The notes under the pieces are model-generated. The model did no database searches, was not told where the DNA came from, and was given only the letters and a program-made list of their open reading frames with translations. This document shows, in pieces, positions 25,573 through 37,179 of a stretch of DNA of 64,000 nucleotides. The DNA is from Mobula hypostoma (lineage: Eukaryota). The stretch lies in NCBI RefSeq assembly GCF_963921235.1, contig NC_086108.1, forward strand, positions 19,468,001 to 19,532,000, read 5' to 3'. The position numbers were made by a program, and so were the translations under genes. The number at the start of each line of letters is the position of its first letter. The first letter of the stretch is position 1.

Positions 25573-27997
25573 AGCAACATACATCAAAGTTGCTGGTGAA
25601 CGCAGCAGGCCAGGCAGCATCTATAGGAAGAGGCGCAGTCGACGTTTCAGGCCGAGACCCTTCGTCAGGACTAACTGAAGGAAGAGTGAGTAAGGGATTT
25701 GAAAGCTGGAGGGGGAGGGGGAGATGCAAAATGATAGGAGAAGACAGGAGGGGGAGGGATGGAGCCGAGAGCTGGACAGGTGATAGGCAGAAGGGGATAC
25801 GAGAGGATCATGGGACAGGAGGTCCGGGAAGAAAGACGGGGGGGGGGTGACCGAGAGGATGGGCAAGAGGTATATTCAGAGGGACATAGGGAGAAAAAGG
25901 AGAGTGAGAGAAAGAATGTGTGCATAAAAATGAGTAACAGCTGGGGTACGAGGGGGAGGTGGGGCCTAGCGGAAGTTAGAGAAGTCAATGTTCATGCCAT
26001 GCTACCCAGACGGAATATAAGGTGTTGTTCCTCCAACCTGAGTGTGGCTTCATCTTTACAGTAGAGGAGGCCGTGGATAGACATGTCAGAATGGGAATGG
26101 GATGTGGAATTAAAATGTGTGGCCACTGGGAGATCCTGCTTTCTCTGGCGGACAGAGCGTAGATGTTCAGCAAAGCGGTCTCCCAGTCTGCGTCGGGTCT
26201 CACCAATATATAAAAGGCCACATCGGGAGCACCGGACGCAGTATATCACCCCAGTCGACTCACAGGTGAAGTGATGCCTCACCTGGAAGGACTGTTTGGG
26301 GCCCTGAATGGTGGTAAGGGAGGAAGTGTAAGGGCATGTGTAGCACTTGTTCCGCTTACACGGATAAGTGCCAGCAGGGAGATCAGTGGGGAGGGATGGG
26401 GGGGACAAATGGACAAGGGAGTTGTGTAGGGAGCGATCCCTGCGGAATGCAGAGAGAGGGGGGGAGGGACAGATATGCTTAGTGGTGGGATCCCGTTGGA
26501 GGTGGCGGAAGTTACGGAGAATAATATGTTGGACCCGGAGGCTGGTGGGGTGGTAGGTGAGGACCAGGGGAACCCTATTCCTAGTGGGGTGGTGGGAGGA
26601 TGGAGTGAGAGCAGATGTACGTGAAATGGGGGAGATGCGTTTAAGAGCAGAGTTGATAGTGGAGGAAGGGAAGCCCCTTTCTTTAAAAAATGAAGACATC
26701 TCCCTCGTCCTAGAATGAAAAGCCTCATCCTGAGAGCAGATGCGGCGGAGACGGAGGAATTGCGAGAAGGGGATGGCGTTTTTGCAAGAGACAGGGTGAG
26801 AAGAGGAATAGTCCAGATAGTTGTGAGAGTCAGTAGGCTTATAGTAGACATCAGTGGATAAGCTGTCTCCAGAGACAGAAAGATCTAGAAAGGGGAGGGA
26901 GGTGTCAGAAATGGACCAGGTAAACTTGAGGGCAGGGTGAAAGTTGGAGGCAAAGTTAATAAAGTCAACGAGTTCTGCATGCGTGCAGGAAGCAGCGCCA
27001 ATGCAGTCGTCGATGTAGCGAAGGAAAAGTGGGGGACAGATACCAGAATAGGCACGGAACATAGATTGTTCCACAAACCCAACAAAAAGGCAGGCATAGC
27101 TAGGACCCATACGGGTGCCCATAGCTACACCTTTAGTTTGGAGGAAATGGGAGGAGCAAAAGGAGAAATTATTAAGAGTAAGGACTAATTCTGCTAGACG
27201 GAGCAGAGTGGTGGTAGAGGGGAACTGATTAGGTCTGGAATCCAAAAAGAAGCGTAGAGCTTTGAGACCTTCCTGATGGGGGATGGAAGTATATAGGGAC
27301 TGGACATCCAAGGTGAAAATAAAGTGGTGGGGGCCAGGGAACTTAAAATCATCGAAAAGTTTAAGAGCGTGAGAAGTGTCACGAACATAGGTCGGAAGGG
27401 ATTGAACAAAGGGGTGATAAAACAGTGTCGAGGTATGCAGAAACGAGTTCGGTGGGGCAGGAGCAAGCTGAGACAATAGGTCAGCCAGGACAGGCAGGTT
27501 TGTGGATCTTGGGTAGGAGGTAGAAATGGGAAGTGCGGGGTGTGGGAACTATAAGGTTGGTAGCAGTGGATGGGAGATCCCCTGAGCGGATAAAGTCGTT
27601 GATAGTGTGGGAGACAATGGCCTGGTGCTCCTTAGTGGGGTCACGATCGAGGGGTAAATAAGAGGAGGTATCCGCAAGTTGTCGCTGTGCCTCGGCAAGG
27701 TAGAGGTCAGTACGCCAGACTACAACAGCACCCCCCTTATCAGCGGGTTTAATAATAATGTTAGGATTAGTGCGGAGGGAGTGGAGAGCAGAGCGTTCCG
27801 AAGGAGTGAGGTTGGAATGGGGACAAGGTGCGGTGAAGTCGAGACGGTTGATGTCCCGTCGGCAGTTGGCAATAAAGAGATCCAGAGCAGGCAGAAGACC
27901 AGAGCGGGGTGTCCATGAAGAAGAGGAGGGATGAAGACGGGAGAAGGGGTCATCGGTGGGGGTGGAAGAGTCCTTGCCGAAGAAGTAGGCTCGGAGA
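25573..27997 (-). mobile_element. Penelope-like element (Neptune-type), 5'-truncated, RT plus GIY-YIG nearly intact
   Basis: 494-aa ORF at 25992-27476 with LDVQSLYTSIP, GVAMG, FLRYIDD and VIYCVRC..CGLLYIGET..RFAEH. Upstream ORF with KPADKG and LPKIHK. One premature TGA, one frameshift and a 10-bp deletion near 26000. Confidence 0.94.
25637..25672 (-). ncRNA. Minimal type I hammerhead ribozyme motif, full consensus
   Basis: RNA AGUC-CUGACGA-AGG(GUCUCGG)CCU-GAAA-CG-UC-GACU. Stem I AGUC/GACU, palindromic ACGU helix III, GUC cleavage triplet. Confidence 0.8.
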
Positions 27998-29609
27998 AAG
28001 CAATGGCAGCTAGAGTGCAGTTCCGAGGGAGGAGCCTGGCTGTTCGGGTGTGCGCTGCCTTTTTTCGTAACAGTGAAAACACCTTCTGTTAGCAAAAACA
28101 GGTAACTAATGTAGGTCTTTCGTAACAGTGAGGTGTTGTAAGGCGAACGTTCGGAAAACAGGGGCCACCTATTCTAAAATATTGTTTGGCCTGGTTCTAC
28201 CTCAAAGCACTGTACGAACAGTATAGTATTTCATCTGTACGAACAGTATACAAGCAAGCTTTTCATGGTATCTTGGCGCATTTGACAACAATAAATTCCA
28301 AGAGGTTCAAAAGGCTGAATGGCTTACAATTTCTGCATTTTTCGATTTTCTTCTAAATTGAAAACATGTTAATTTTGCCTTGTTCATCAGAAGCACCTTT
28401 GGGAACTTTTAATTCAAGCCTTTCCAACACTGAAAGAAAAATTAGAATTTTGCTCCCAATTTCACATCTGCCTTCCACCTTGGTAAATGTGTATAAATTC
28501 ATTTAGATCACATGAGGGCAGTCTCAAACCTCGAGTAAAGTGTCCAGAAGAAAGAATTTGACAAACAAGGCATGACCACAAGGTTCTCGAGCAGCTGGAA
28601 GCCATAAACAATATGCTGCTGAGAATCAATACTTTGAGGATTTAATGGCAGGTTGGGAGCAAGATTTGATGAACAGATTTTACAACAACAATGGATAAAA
28701 TAGGCTCTAAGCTCTGACTTACTTGATTTCAAGTGATTTTTCACTTGTCTGTTGTCGGAAAACACATGGAAAGAACCATAAAATCCTAAGTTTAATTTCC
28801 ATTCCCACTCTACCCTCTCTCCAGAGTTAACCAAACTGATCCTGGGAAGCAGTAAAGCTATCCAATAAACTTGGGTGTCTAATGAGAGAGCTTGGGAAAA
28901 AGAGGGAATAACTCAAAGATTTGAGCTCCTGATAACTGTACAATGACTCATCATGGAAGTACAGTACACACAAATGAACTGATAAACAACCCATCCAAAA
29001 ATCACCTCCCCAAAACCACCCTTTGGCAAATCACTGAATGCCAGCTAACACCAAGAAATCAAGACCAGGTTGAAACAGCACCTCTGGGAATGGACAAAGC
29101 TTAAAAATGAGTGCGCAAGAGAACCTCAGCATTTGTATGTGATTCAAGCTTCAATTTAATTTACGCAACATACTATGTACTCCAGGAGTTCCACTCCCAC
29201 TCCAAAATATTTCCAAGTACAGGACTTTGTACAAAATAAAAACTTCCATCTTAATGAGAAATAGTAAAGTAGACAAGTAAATATGACAACTGATTTTCAC
29301 ATTATATTAAAACAATATTTTGCAATTATTGGTAATATACTGAGGTGAAGATCTAAATGTGCAGATGTCAGGAACTTAAAGAAAGAGTAGGAAACACTGG
29401 AAAACTCAGGTCAGGCTGCATCTGCAGGAACAAAAACACAACATTACATTTTGGATCAAAGATCTTTTTGCAGAACTGGAAAGATGAAGATTACATTTGG
29501 AGTACTGAGAGCAGTGTTGAGCCCTGTATCTATAAGTTTGCTGGCACTGGAGAGGGTCCAGAGGTAGTTTACAAGAATGAACATGAGAATGAAAGCATTT
29601 GGTGACTCT

Positions 29610-29990
29610 GGGCCTGGTCTCGATAGAGTTTAGAAGAATGAGCTAAGATCCTACTGAATACTGCAAGGCCCAGATTGAGTGGAAATGCAGAAGATTTTTG
29701 CTATAGCAAGTGAGTCGAGGACCAGAGAGGGCAAAGCCTCAGAATAGAATGATGTCCCTTCAGAACAAAGATCAGGAAGAATTCCTGTAACGAGAGAATG
29801 GAATTTATGGTCACAGATGGCTGTGGAGGCCAAGTCATTGGGTATATTTAGAGTGGAGGCTGCTCGGTTCTTGATTAGTAATGATATCAAAGGTTTCAGA
29901 GTGAAGGCGGTGAGACAGATAATAAATTAGCCAAGATCGAATGGCAAAATTGTTGGGTGAATCACCTAATTCGGACCCTATTTATGATTT
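29610..29990 (+). mobile_element. CR1-like 3' fragment
   Basis: gagtttagaagaatgag...gtggaggccaagtcattgggtatattta matches the CR1 3' region. Confidence 0.65.
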
Positions 29991-30669
29991 CTTATCAGGC
30001 AAGTTTGCAGCTGCCATGGGGTTAAGCTCTAAATAAGTTTAGCTTGTCTGTGAATGGGAGCAGAAAGAGTGACAACATAGATACAGGAAAATAGGAGCTG
30101 CAAAGTGCAGATCAGGATGATAATACCTTGCAGACTGGGGAAGAAAACAACAAATAAACTGAGCCAATATCACACACAGGCAACTAATACCATCACATAT
30201 CAGGTTAACTGAAGTTAAAGTATTCAGTATTAAATCCTGAAGGCTGCAACTTAACCAGATGAATAAGTTGTTCTACCCCCTCAGGTTTACATTGGACCTC
30301 ATTGCAACAGTACAGGAAGCAAGGACCAATAGATCAGAATGGGAGTGGATGGGGAATTTAAGTGATAAGCAAAGGGAAGCTCAAGTTTACCCCAGCAGAC
30401 TGAATGGAGTTGTTCTGCAAAGCAATCACCCATTCTGCATTTGGCTTCGAACACAGAACAGTTCAGCACTGGACAAGTCAATCAGCCCACAATGTTGTAG
30501 CAATATTGATGCCAATATATATTGAATGTCCTCCTCTTATGGATAATATTTCCATGTACCTCTCATATCAGTCTCTGGATAAACACCTCAAACTCCACCA
30601 GACTGCCTCCTTCCCCTACTACCCCATTAACCCATTCCAGGGACCCGTGGAAGAAAACTGCCTCCAACA

Positions 30670-31505
30670 TAAACAAGAGAAAATCTGCAGATGCTGGAAA
30701 TCCAAGCACACATACAAATGCTGGAGGAACTCAGCAAACCAGGCAGCATCTATGGAAAAAGAGGACAGTCACCATTTCGGGCTTAAACTATTCGGCAGGA
30801 CTGGAGAAAAAAAGCTGAGGAGTAGATTTAAAAGGGCGGGTGTGGGGGGTGGGGGAAGAGGAGAGAGAAGCACTGGGTGATAGGTGAAACCTGAAGGGGG
30901 AGGGATAAAGAGCTGGGAGGTTTGATTGGTGAAAGAGATACAGGGCGAGAGAAAGGAGAGTCTGATAGGAGAGGACAGAAGGCCATGGAAGAAAGAAAAG
31001 GGGAGAGGAGGAGCACCAGAGGGAGGTGATGGGCCAGCAAGAAGATAGAGCGAGAGAGGGAAAGGAGTATAGGGAATGGTGTATAGGGAATGGTGAGGGA
31101 CGGGGGAGGGGAGCATTCCTGGAAGTTCAAGAACTCAATGTTCATGCCATCAAGTTGGAAGCTACCCAGACAGAAAATAAGGTGTTGTTCCTCCAACCCA
31201 AGTGTGGCCTCATCACGACAGTGGAGGAGGCCATGGATGGACATAACAGAATGGGAATGGGAAGTGGAATTAAAATGGGTTGCCACTGGGAGATCCTGCT
31301 TTTTCTGGCAGACGGAGCACAGGTGCTTGGTGAAGTGGTCTCATAATCTACATCGAATCTCACTGATATACAGGAGGCACTGAACATTGTATATGACCCC
31401 AAAAGACTCACAGGTGAAGTGTCGCCTCACCTGGAAGGACTGTTTCTGGTCTTGAATGGTAGTGAGGGAGGTGGTGTACGGACAGGTGTAGCACTTGTTC
31501 CGCTT
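30670..31505 (-). mobile_element. Older PLE 3' fragment (GIY-YIG region and 3' UTR)
   Basis: KRNKCYTC...FTCES...ATHFNSTSHSHS...LEEQHLIF. Degenerate hammerhead at about 30767-30802. Confidence 0.8.
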
Positions 31506-31514
31506 ATCGTGATC

Positions 31515-31965
31515 AGGCCACACTCAGGTTGGAGGAACAACACCTTGTATTCTCTCTGAGTAGCCTCCAACCTGATGGCGCGAACATCGATTTCTCAAAC
31601 TTCTGATAATGTCCCCCCTTCACCATTCTCCATCCCCTTTTCCCTCTCATACCTTGTATTTACCTGCCCATCACCTCCCTCTCCCCTTTTCTTTCTTCCA
31701 TGTCCTTCTGTCCTCTCCTATCAGACCATCCCTTCTCCAGCCCTGTATCTCTTTCACCAATCAACTTCCCAGCTCTTTACTTCATCCTTCCCCCTCCCAG
31801 TTTCATCTATCACCTGGTGTTTCCCTCTCCCCTCCCCAACCTTTTAAATCTACTCCTCAGTTTTTTTTTCCATCCCTGTCAAATGGTCTTGGCCCGAAAC
31901 ATCAACAGTACTCATTTCCATGGATGCTGCCTGACCTGCTGAGTTCCTCCAGTATTTTGTGCAAC
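31515..31965 (+). mobile_element. Older PLE 3' fragment, inverted relative to the adjacent copy
   Basis: ggccacactcaggttggaggaacaacacctt...gatgctgcctgacctgctgagttcctccag. Confidence 0.8.
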
Positions 31966-32098
31966 TTGCCTCTAATGTGGTCTTTAAACTTCCCCTCTCT
32001 AACCTTAACAGTGTGTCCTCTGGTGTTAGACATTTTTATACTGGAGAAAAGATTCTGACCACCTATTTTCTTTGCTTCTCATACTGTAAACAACTGTA

Positions 32099-32633
32099 CC
32101 CATTCTGACACGTCTATCCACGGCCTCCTCTACTGTAAAGATGAAGCCACACTCAGGTTGGAGGAACAACACCTTATATTCCGTCTGGGTAGCCTCCAAC
32201 CTGATGGCATGAACATCGACTTCTCTAACTTCCGCTAAGGCCCCACCTCCCCCTCGTACCCCATCTGTTACTTATTTTTATACACTCATTCTTTCTCTCA
32301 CTCTCCTTTTTCTCCCTCTGTCCCTCTGAATATACCCCTTTTCCATCCTCTGGGTCCACCCCCCCCCTTGTCTTTCTTTCCGGACCTCCTGTCCCATGAT
32401 CCTCTCATATCCCTTTTGCCTATCATCTGTCCAGCTCTTGGCTCCATTCCTCCCCCTCCTGTCTTCTCCTATCATTTTGGATCTCCCCCTCCCCCTCCAA
32501 CTTTCAAATCCTTTACTCACTCTTTCTTCAGTTAGTCCTGACGAAGGGTCTCGGCCTGAAACGTCGACTGCACCTCTTCCTAGAGATGCTGCCTGGCCTG
32601 CTGCGTTCACCAGCAACTTTTATGTGTGTTGCT
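32099..32633 (+). mobile_element. Young PLE 3' fragment
   Basis: Near-identical to the reverse complement of about 11407-11930 and 25573-26095. Confidence 0.9.
32534..32569 (+). ncRNA. Minimal type I hammerhead ribozyme motif, full consensus (antisense to IMP3)
   Basis: agtc-ctgacga-agggtctcggcct-gaaa-cg-tc-gact. Confidence 0.8.
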
Positions 32634-32854
32634 CATGATATGCACCAGCTGCTCATATGACCATCCACCACCTGCTCCCATGGCTTCACATGACTGCGGC
32701 CGGGGGCTAAACTGATGCTACACCTTGCCCAAGGTTGATCTACAGGCTAGTGGAGGGAAAGAGCATCTTACAACTCCTTCAGTAAAGATGTACATCCACC
32801 CCATCACCCAAGATAACAGTTCCGAGCTGTTTAAATTTTAAATAGAATAGTAGT

Positions 32855-33088
32855 CAGTCCAACACTTCACAGTACCAGCGACCCAGGTTCATTTCCCATC
32901 GCTGCCTGTAAGGAGTCTGTACGTTCTTCCCATGACCATGTGGGTTTCCTCCAGTTGCTCTGGCTTCCTCCCACAGTCCAAAGACGTACCAACTGGTAGC
33001 TTAATTAGTCATTGTAAATTGTCCTGTAATTTGGCTAAGGTTAAACCAGCGTTGCTAAGCGGTGTGCCTATTCTACACTGTATCTCAA
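32855..33088 (+). mobile_element. V-SINE-type SINE
   Basis: gtacgttcttcccatgaccatgtgggtttcctccagttgctctggcttcctcccacagtccaaagacgt core. Confidence 0.7.
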
Positions 33089-34690
33089 TAATTTGTTTTT
33101 AAATCTTCATTTCTGGGGTCTGGACATTGCCAACTTGATCAGTGTTTATTGCCCAACCCCAAATGCCCTTGAATAATCATCTTAAACAGCCCTGCTATAC
33201 TTGCCACCAGAGTATAATTGCCAAAGTTGTTCTGCAATTTAAACCCAGCAGCAATGACAGACTGGGAATTCAAATGCCACACTGACCATGCACAAAGCTT
33301 GATTGAGCTTTTAAATTAGTAACACAACTTCACAGTATCATACAGACTGTAATTGTTTCAATAAGTTTAAATAAAGAATGTGGTCAGTGAGCACTGGGGA
33401 CGAACAGAAGCAGCATCTTCCTCAGACTGGGGAATTCTGTCCAATGTCATGGTCAAAAACCAATGAAATGAAGTTTGAGTGGCTGGAGATGTTGGTATGC
33501 AAATTGTCAGTATGGTCCCTTTCCCAGCATCAAGGAATCAACTGCACATCCCTTCTGATGAGCTCCATGCACTCTCTGCGCATTTTGAGTAGAAGTGAGT
33601 GGAAGGTCACCACCTGCTCCAGCAGGTTCCAATGCAGCTGAACACAGTGTTACAGGAAACAGATCAAACTCCCAGAGAGCGAGCCCACAGAAACCATCCA
33701 GCTTGGATGCTGCATGTCCTCAGATCCTGTGCAGATTAAGTGGTAAGGGTATTTGCAGACATTTATAAACTCTCCCTACTTCCATCTGAGATTCTCACCT
33801 GCTTTAAGACAACCACTATAATGATGGTACTCAAGACAAGCCTTCATGACTGCCACCGAGGGGCTCAAAAATCCATCAGAAAATGCTTTGAGAGGCTCGT
33901 CATGGCATGCATCAACTCCAGCCTCCCAGAAAATGCTTGAACCACTACAATTTACATAATGCCAAACAAGGCACACAAAAGACTCCACTTAGCTCACCCT
34001 ACACTCATCTCTCGAGCATCTGGACAGTAAAGACACCCAATTTATGTGATTGCTTATTGACTACAGCTATGCCTTCAACACTACAATTTCAAGCAAATTC
34101 ATCCCCAAATATGAAGAACCAAGTCTCAACACACTCATTGGAACTGCATCCTTGACTTCCTGACCAACAGACTACTAACAGTAAGGACAGGCAGCAATGC
34201 TCCCATTGTGAATAACCTCAACAGTAGCACCCCACAAGGCTGTATCCTCAGCCCCCACTACTCTACTCCCTCTACACTCATGAAGGTTTGGCCAGATTCT
34301 GATCTGACTTCATTTGCAAATGATAATGGAAAGAATCTCAAACAACGATGAGTCAGAGTGCAGGAAAGAAACAGTCTAGGGACATGGCTTCACGACAATA
34401 ACCTTTGCCTCAACATCAGCAACTCAAGAGATAGTTATTAACTTCCTGTGGGGAGGGGGGTGGGGGGGGGAGGGTGTTGAGGGCATAAAGTTTGAGAGCT
34501 TCAAGTTCCTGGAAATGAACTTCACCAATAACCAGCACTGATCCAATCACATGGATACCGGGGTCAAGAGAGCTCAGCAGTGCCTCTACTTCCTCAGGAG
34601 GCTGAAGAAATTTAGCATATCCCATTTTACCTTCACCAACTGACTTGGTATGGCATCGGTTTTGTCCAAAACTAGAAGAAATCGCAAAGA

Positions 34691-35475
34691 CGAGGAAATC
34701 TGCAGATGCTGAAATTTCAAGCAACACACATAAAAGTTGCTGGTGAACACAGCAGGCTAGGCAGCATCTATTGGAAGAGGTACAGTTGACGTTTCAGGCC
34801 GAGCCCCTTCGTCAGGACTAACTGAAAGAAGAGCTGGTAAGAGATTTGTAAGTGGGAGGGGGAGGGGGGAGATCCAAAATGATAGGAGAAGACAGGAGGG
34901 GGAGGGATGGAGCTAAGAGCTGGACAGGTGATTGGCAAAGGGAATATGAGAGGATCATGGGACAGGATGCCTAGGGAGAAAGGAGGAGGGGGGGAAGCCC
35001 AGAGGATGGGCAAGGGGTATAGTGAGAGGGACAGAGGGAGCAAAAAAAGAGAGAGAAAAAGAATGTGTGTATATAAATAAATAACGGATGGGGTACGAGG
35101 GGGAGGTGGGGCATTAGTGGAAGTTAGAGAAGTCATGTTCATGCCATCAGGTTGGAGGCTACCCAGACGGAATACAAGGTGTTGTTCCTGCAACCTGAGT
35201 GTGGCTTCATCTTTACAGTAGAGGAGGCCGTGGATAGACATATCAGAATGGGAATGGTACGTGGAATTAAAATGTGCGGCCACCGGGAGATCCTGCTTTC
35301 TCTGGCGGACCGAGTGTAGGTGTTCAGCAAAACGATCTCCCAGTCTGCGTCGGGTCTCGCCAATATATAGAAGGCCGCATCAGGAGCACCAGACGCAGTA
35401 TATCACCCCAGTCGACTCACAGGTGAAGTGTCGCCTCACCTGGAAGGATTGTCTGGGGCCCTGAATGGTGGTGAG
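34691..35475 (-). mobile_element. Young PLE 3' fragment with 13-bp TSD (one mismatch)
   Basis: GIY-YIG coding remnant plus 3' UTR. gaaatcgcaaaga at 34678-34690 and gaaaccgcaaaga at 35476-35488. Confidence 0.88.
34784..34819 (-). ncRNA. Minimal hammerhead ribozyme motif (core intact, one stem I mismatch)
   Basis: RNA AGUC-CUGACGA-AGG(GGCUCGG)CCU-GAAA-CG-UC-AACU. Confidence 0.65.
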
Positions 35476-35821
35476 GAAACCGCAAAGAGTTGTGGGCACA
35501 GCTCAGCACATCATGCAAATCAGCCTCCCTTCCATGGACACAGCTCAATGCCTCAATAAAAGCAAGCAGCATAATCAAAGACCCTACCCACCCTGGCCAT
35601 TGGGCAGAAGACTGAAAACAAGGACCAAGCTGAAGGACATCGTCATCTGATATCAGCCTATTGAGCAGTCCCCCTAGTATGACAAGATGAAATATGGAAT
35701 CGTAACCTCACAATTTCATCAAATATGACCTTGCACCTTATTGTTTGCCTGCACTAAAGTTTCATTGTAACATTTAATTCTGCATTGTAATAATTTTCCC
35801 TTTCCCTATTGCTATGGATTA

Positions 35822-37179
35822 CAGGTGGTCCCCGTTTTCCGAACGTTCGCTTTACGACACGTCGCTGTTATGAAAGACCTACATTAGTTACCTGTTTTCA
35901 CTAACAGAAGGTGTTTTCACTGTTACGAAGAAAGGCAGCGCGCACCCAAACAGCCAAGCTCCTCCCCCGGAACTGCATTCTAGCCGCCATTGCTTAAACC
36001 CGTGCTTTATCTCGATTTATTTTGTGCATCCATTAGCAAGATGAGTTCTAAGGTATCGGAAAAGCCTAAAACAGCTCGTAAGGGTGTTACACTTAGCATA
36101 AAACTAGACATAATTAAGTGTTTTGATCGTGGTGAACGAAGTAAGGACATTGCCCGCGCGTTGAACCTGCCTGCATCCACCATTCGCACTATTTATACAC
36201 AGACAGAAAGAATTTTGAAAGTTGCTGATGTTACTGTTGGTTCTGCTCGTAGCAAAGTGGTCTCTCTCAGTCGGCATCCAATAATGGATAAAAATGGAAA
36301 GTCTATTGCTTGAGTGGATTGATGGATGTACAAAGCGTGATGTTCCATTAAGTTTTTTTATACTTAAGGAGAAATCAGTCTTTTTAATAAGCTGAAACAG
36401 AAAGCACTGGACGATGGTGATGAAAGTGTTGCGAAAGTGGAATTTAAAGGTAGTCATGGGTGGTTTGATCGGTTTCTGAGGCGAGGGCAGCTTCATTGTT
36501 TAAGCAGTGGTCCCCAACCTCCTGGCCGTGGACCGATACATTGCTGCGAAGAATGCAGTGGTGCAGCGGTAGTCAGAAACGGCTTAAAGCACATCATTAA
36601 GAAAAAAAGCCGAAATAAACAAGCCAATTAATTAGGTGCCACCCGGCACGTAAATGTCGGCCTAGATCAGAGGCTATTGCCGATTGCGTCATGTGGTTAT
36701 TCGTATAAGCAAGTGTTTAACTGTGACGAAACTGCAATTTATTGCAGTCTTCCCGATTCCGGTAAGTGAAACTACACTGTACATACATTATTTCTACTTT
36801 ATATAGGCTGTGTATTTTTATGTATTATTTGGTATGATTTGGCAGCTTCATAGATTAAAGGTTACTGGAGAGAGTGTTTCTGCCGAGAGTGCTTGCATGA
36901 GATTTTCACTACAGAGAACAGAGTGAATGGTTGTAGAAAAGTATTTCTGCTTTATATAGGCTGCGTATTTATCATATCATTCCTGCTTTTACTATATGTT
37001 ACTATTATTTTAGGTTTTGTGTGTTATTTGGCATGATTTTGTAGGTTGTTTTTTGGGTCTGGGAACGCTCAAAAATGATTCCCATATCAATAAATAGTAA
37101 TTGCTTATTCACTTTATGACATTCCGGCTTATGAACCGTTTCATAGGTACGCTCTACCTTTGGATAGCGGGGGAAACCT
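35822..37179 (+). mobile_element. Tigger/pogo-like non-autonomous transposon, copy 3 (not interrupted by a PLE)
   Basis: TA|caggtggtccccgttttccgaa...ttggatagcgggggaaacct|TA with imperfect TIRs. HTH remnants at 36041-36500. DDE first-motif remnant GYSYKQVFNCDETAIY at about 36695-36745. Confidence 0.9.

Larger units (their letters stand above)
24413..28171 (-). mobile_element. Tigger/pogo-like non-autonomous transposon, copy 2 (interrupted by a PLE)
   Basis: TA|caggtttcccccgctatcc...ggggccacct termini. CENP-B-type HTH coding remnants MSSKVSEKPKRARKGVTLSVKLDIVKRFD...FKGSHGWFDRF. Confidence 0.88.
33700..35815 (+). mobile_element. Degraded Rex1/Babar-like LINE interrupted by a PLE (tail resumes at about 37182-37255 after Tigger copy 3)
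   Basis: VFADIYKLSLLPSEILTCFKTTTI...KCFERLVMACINSSLP and later RT and 3' remnants. Confidence 0.7.

Noticed and set aside
27481..27483. In-frame TGA in the PLE ORF as possible selenocysteine or readthrough
   Set aside because: The paralogous copy near 18480 has CGA (Arg of the GRPI motif), so this is simple CpG decay.
35990..36631. Domesticated TIGD or CENP-B-like host gene
   Set aside because: Frameshifted, lacks most of the DDE domain, is bounded by TIRs and TA, and is multi-copy within the window.
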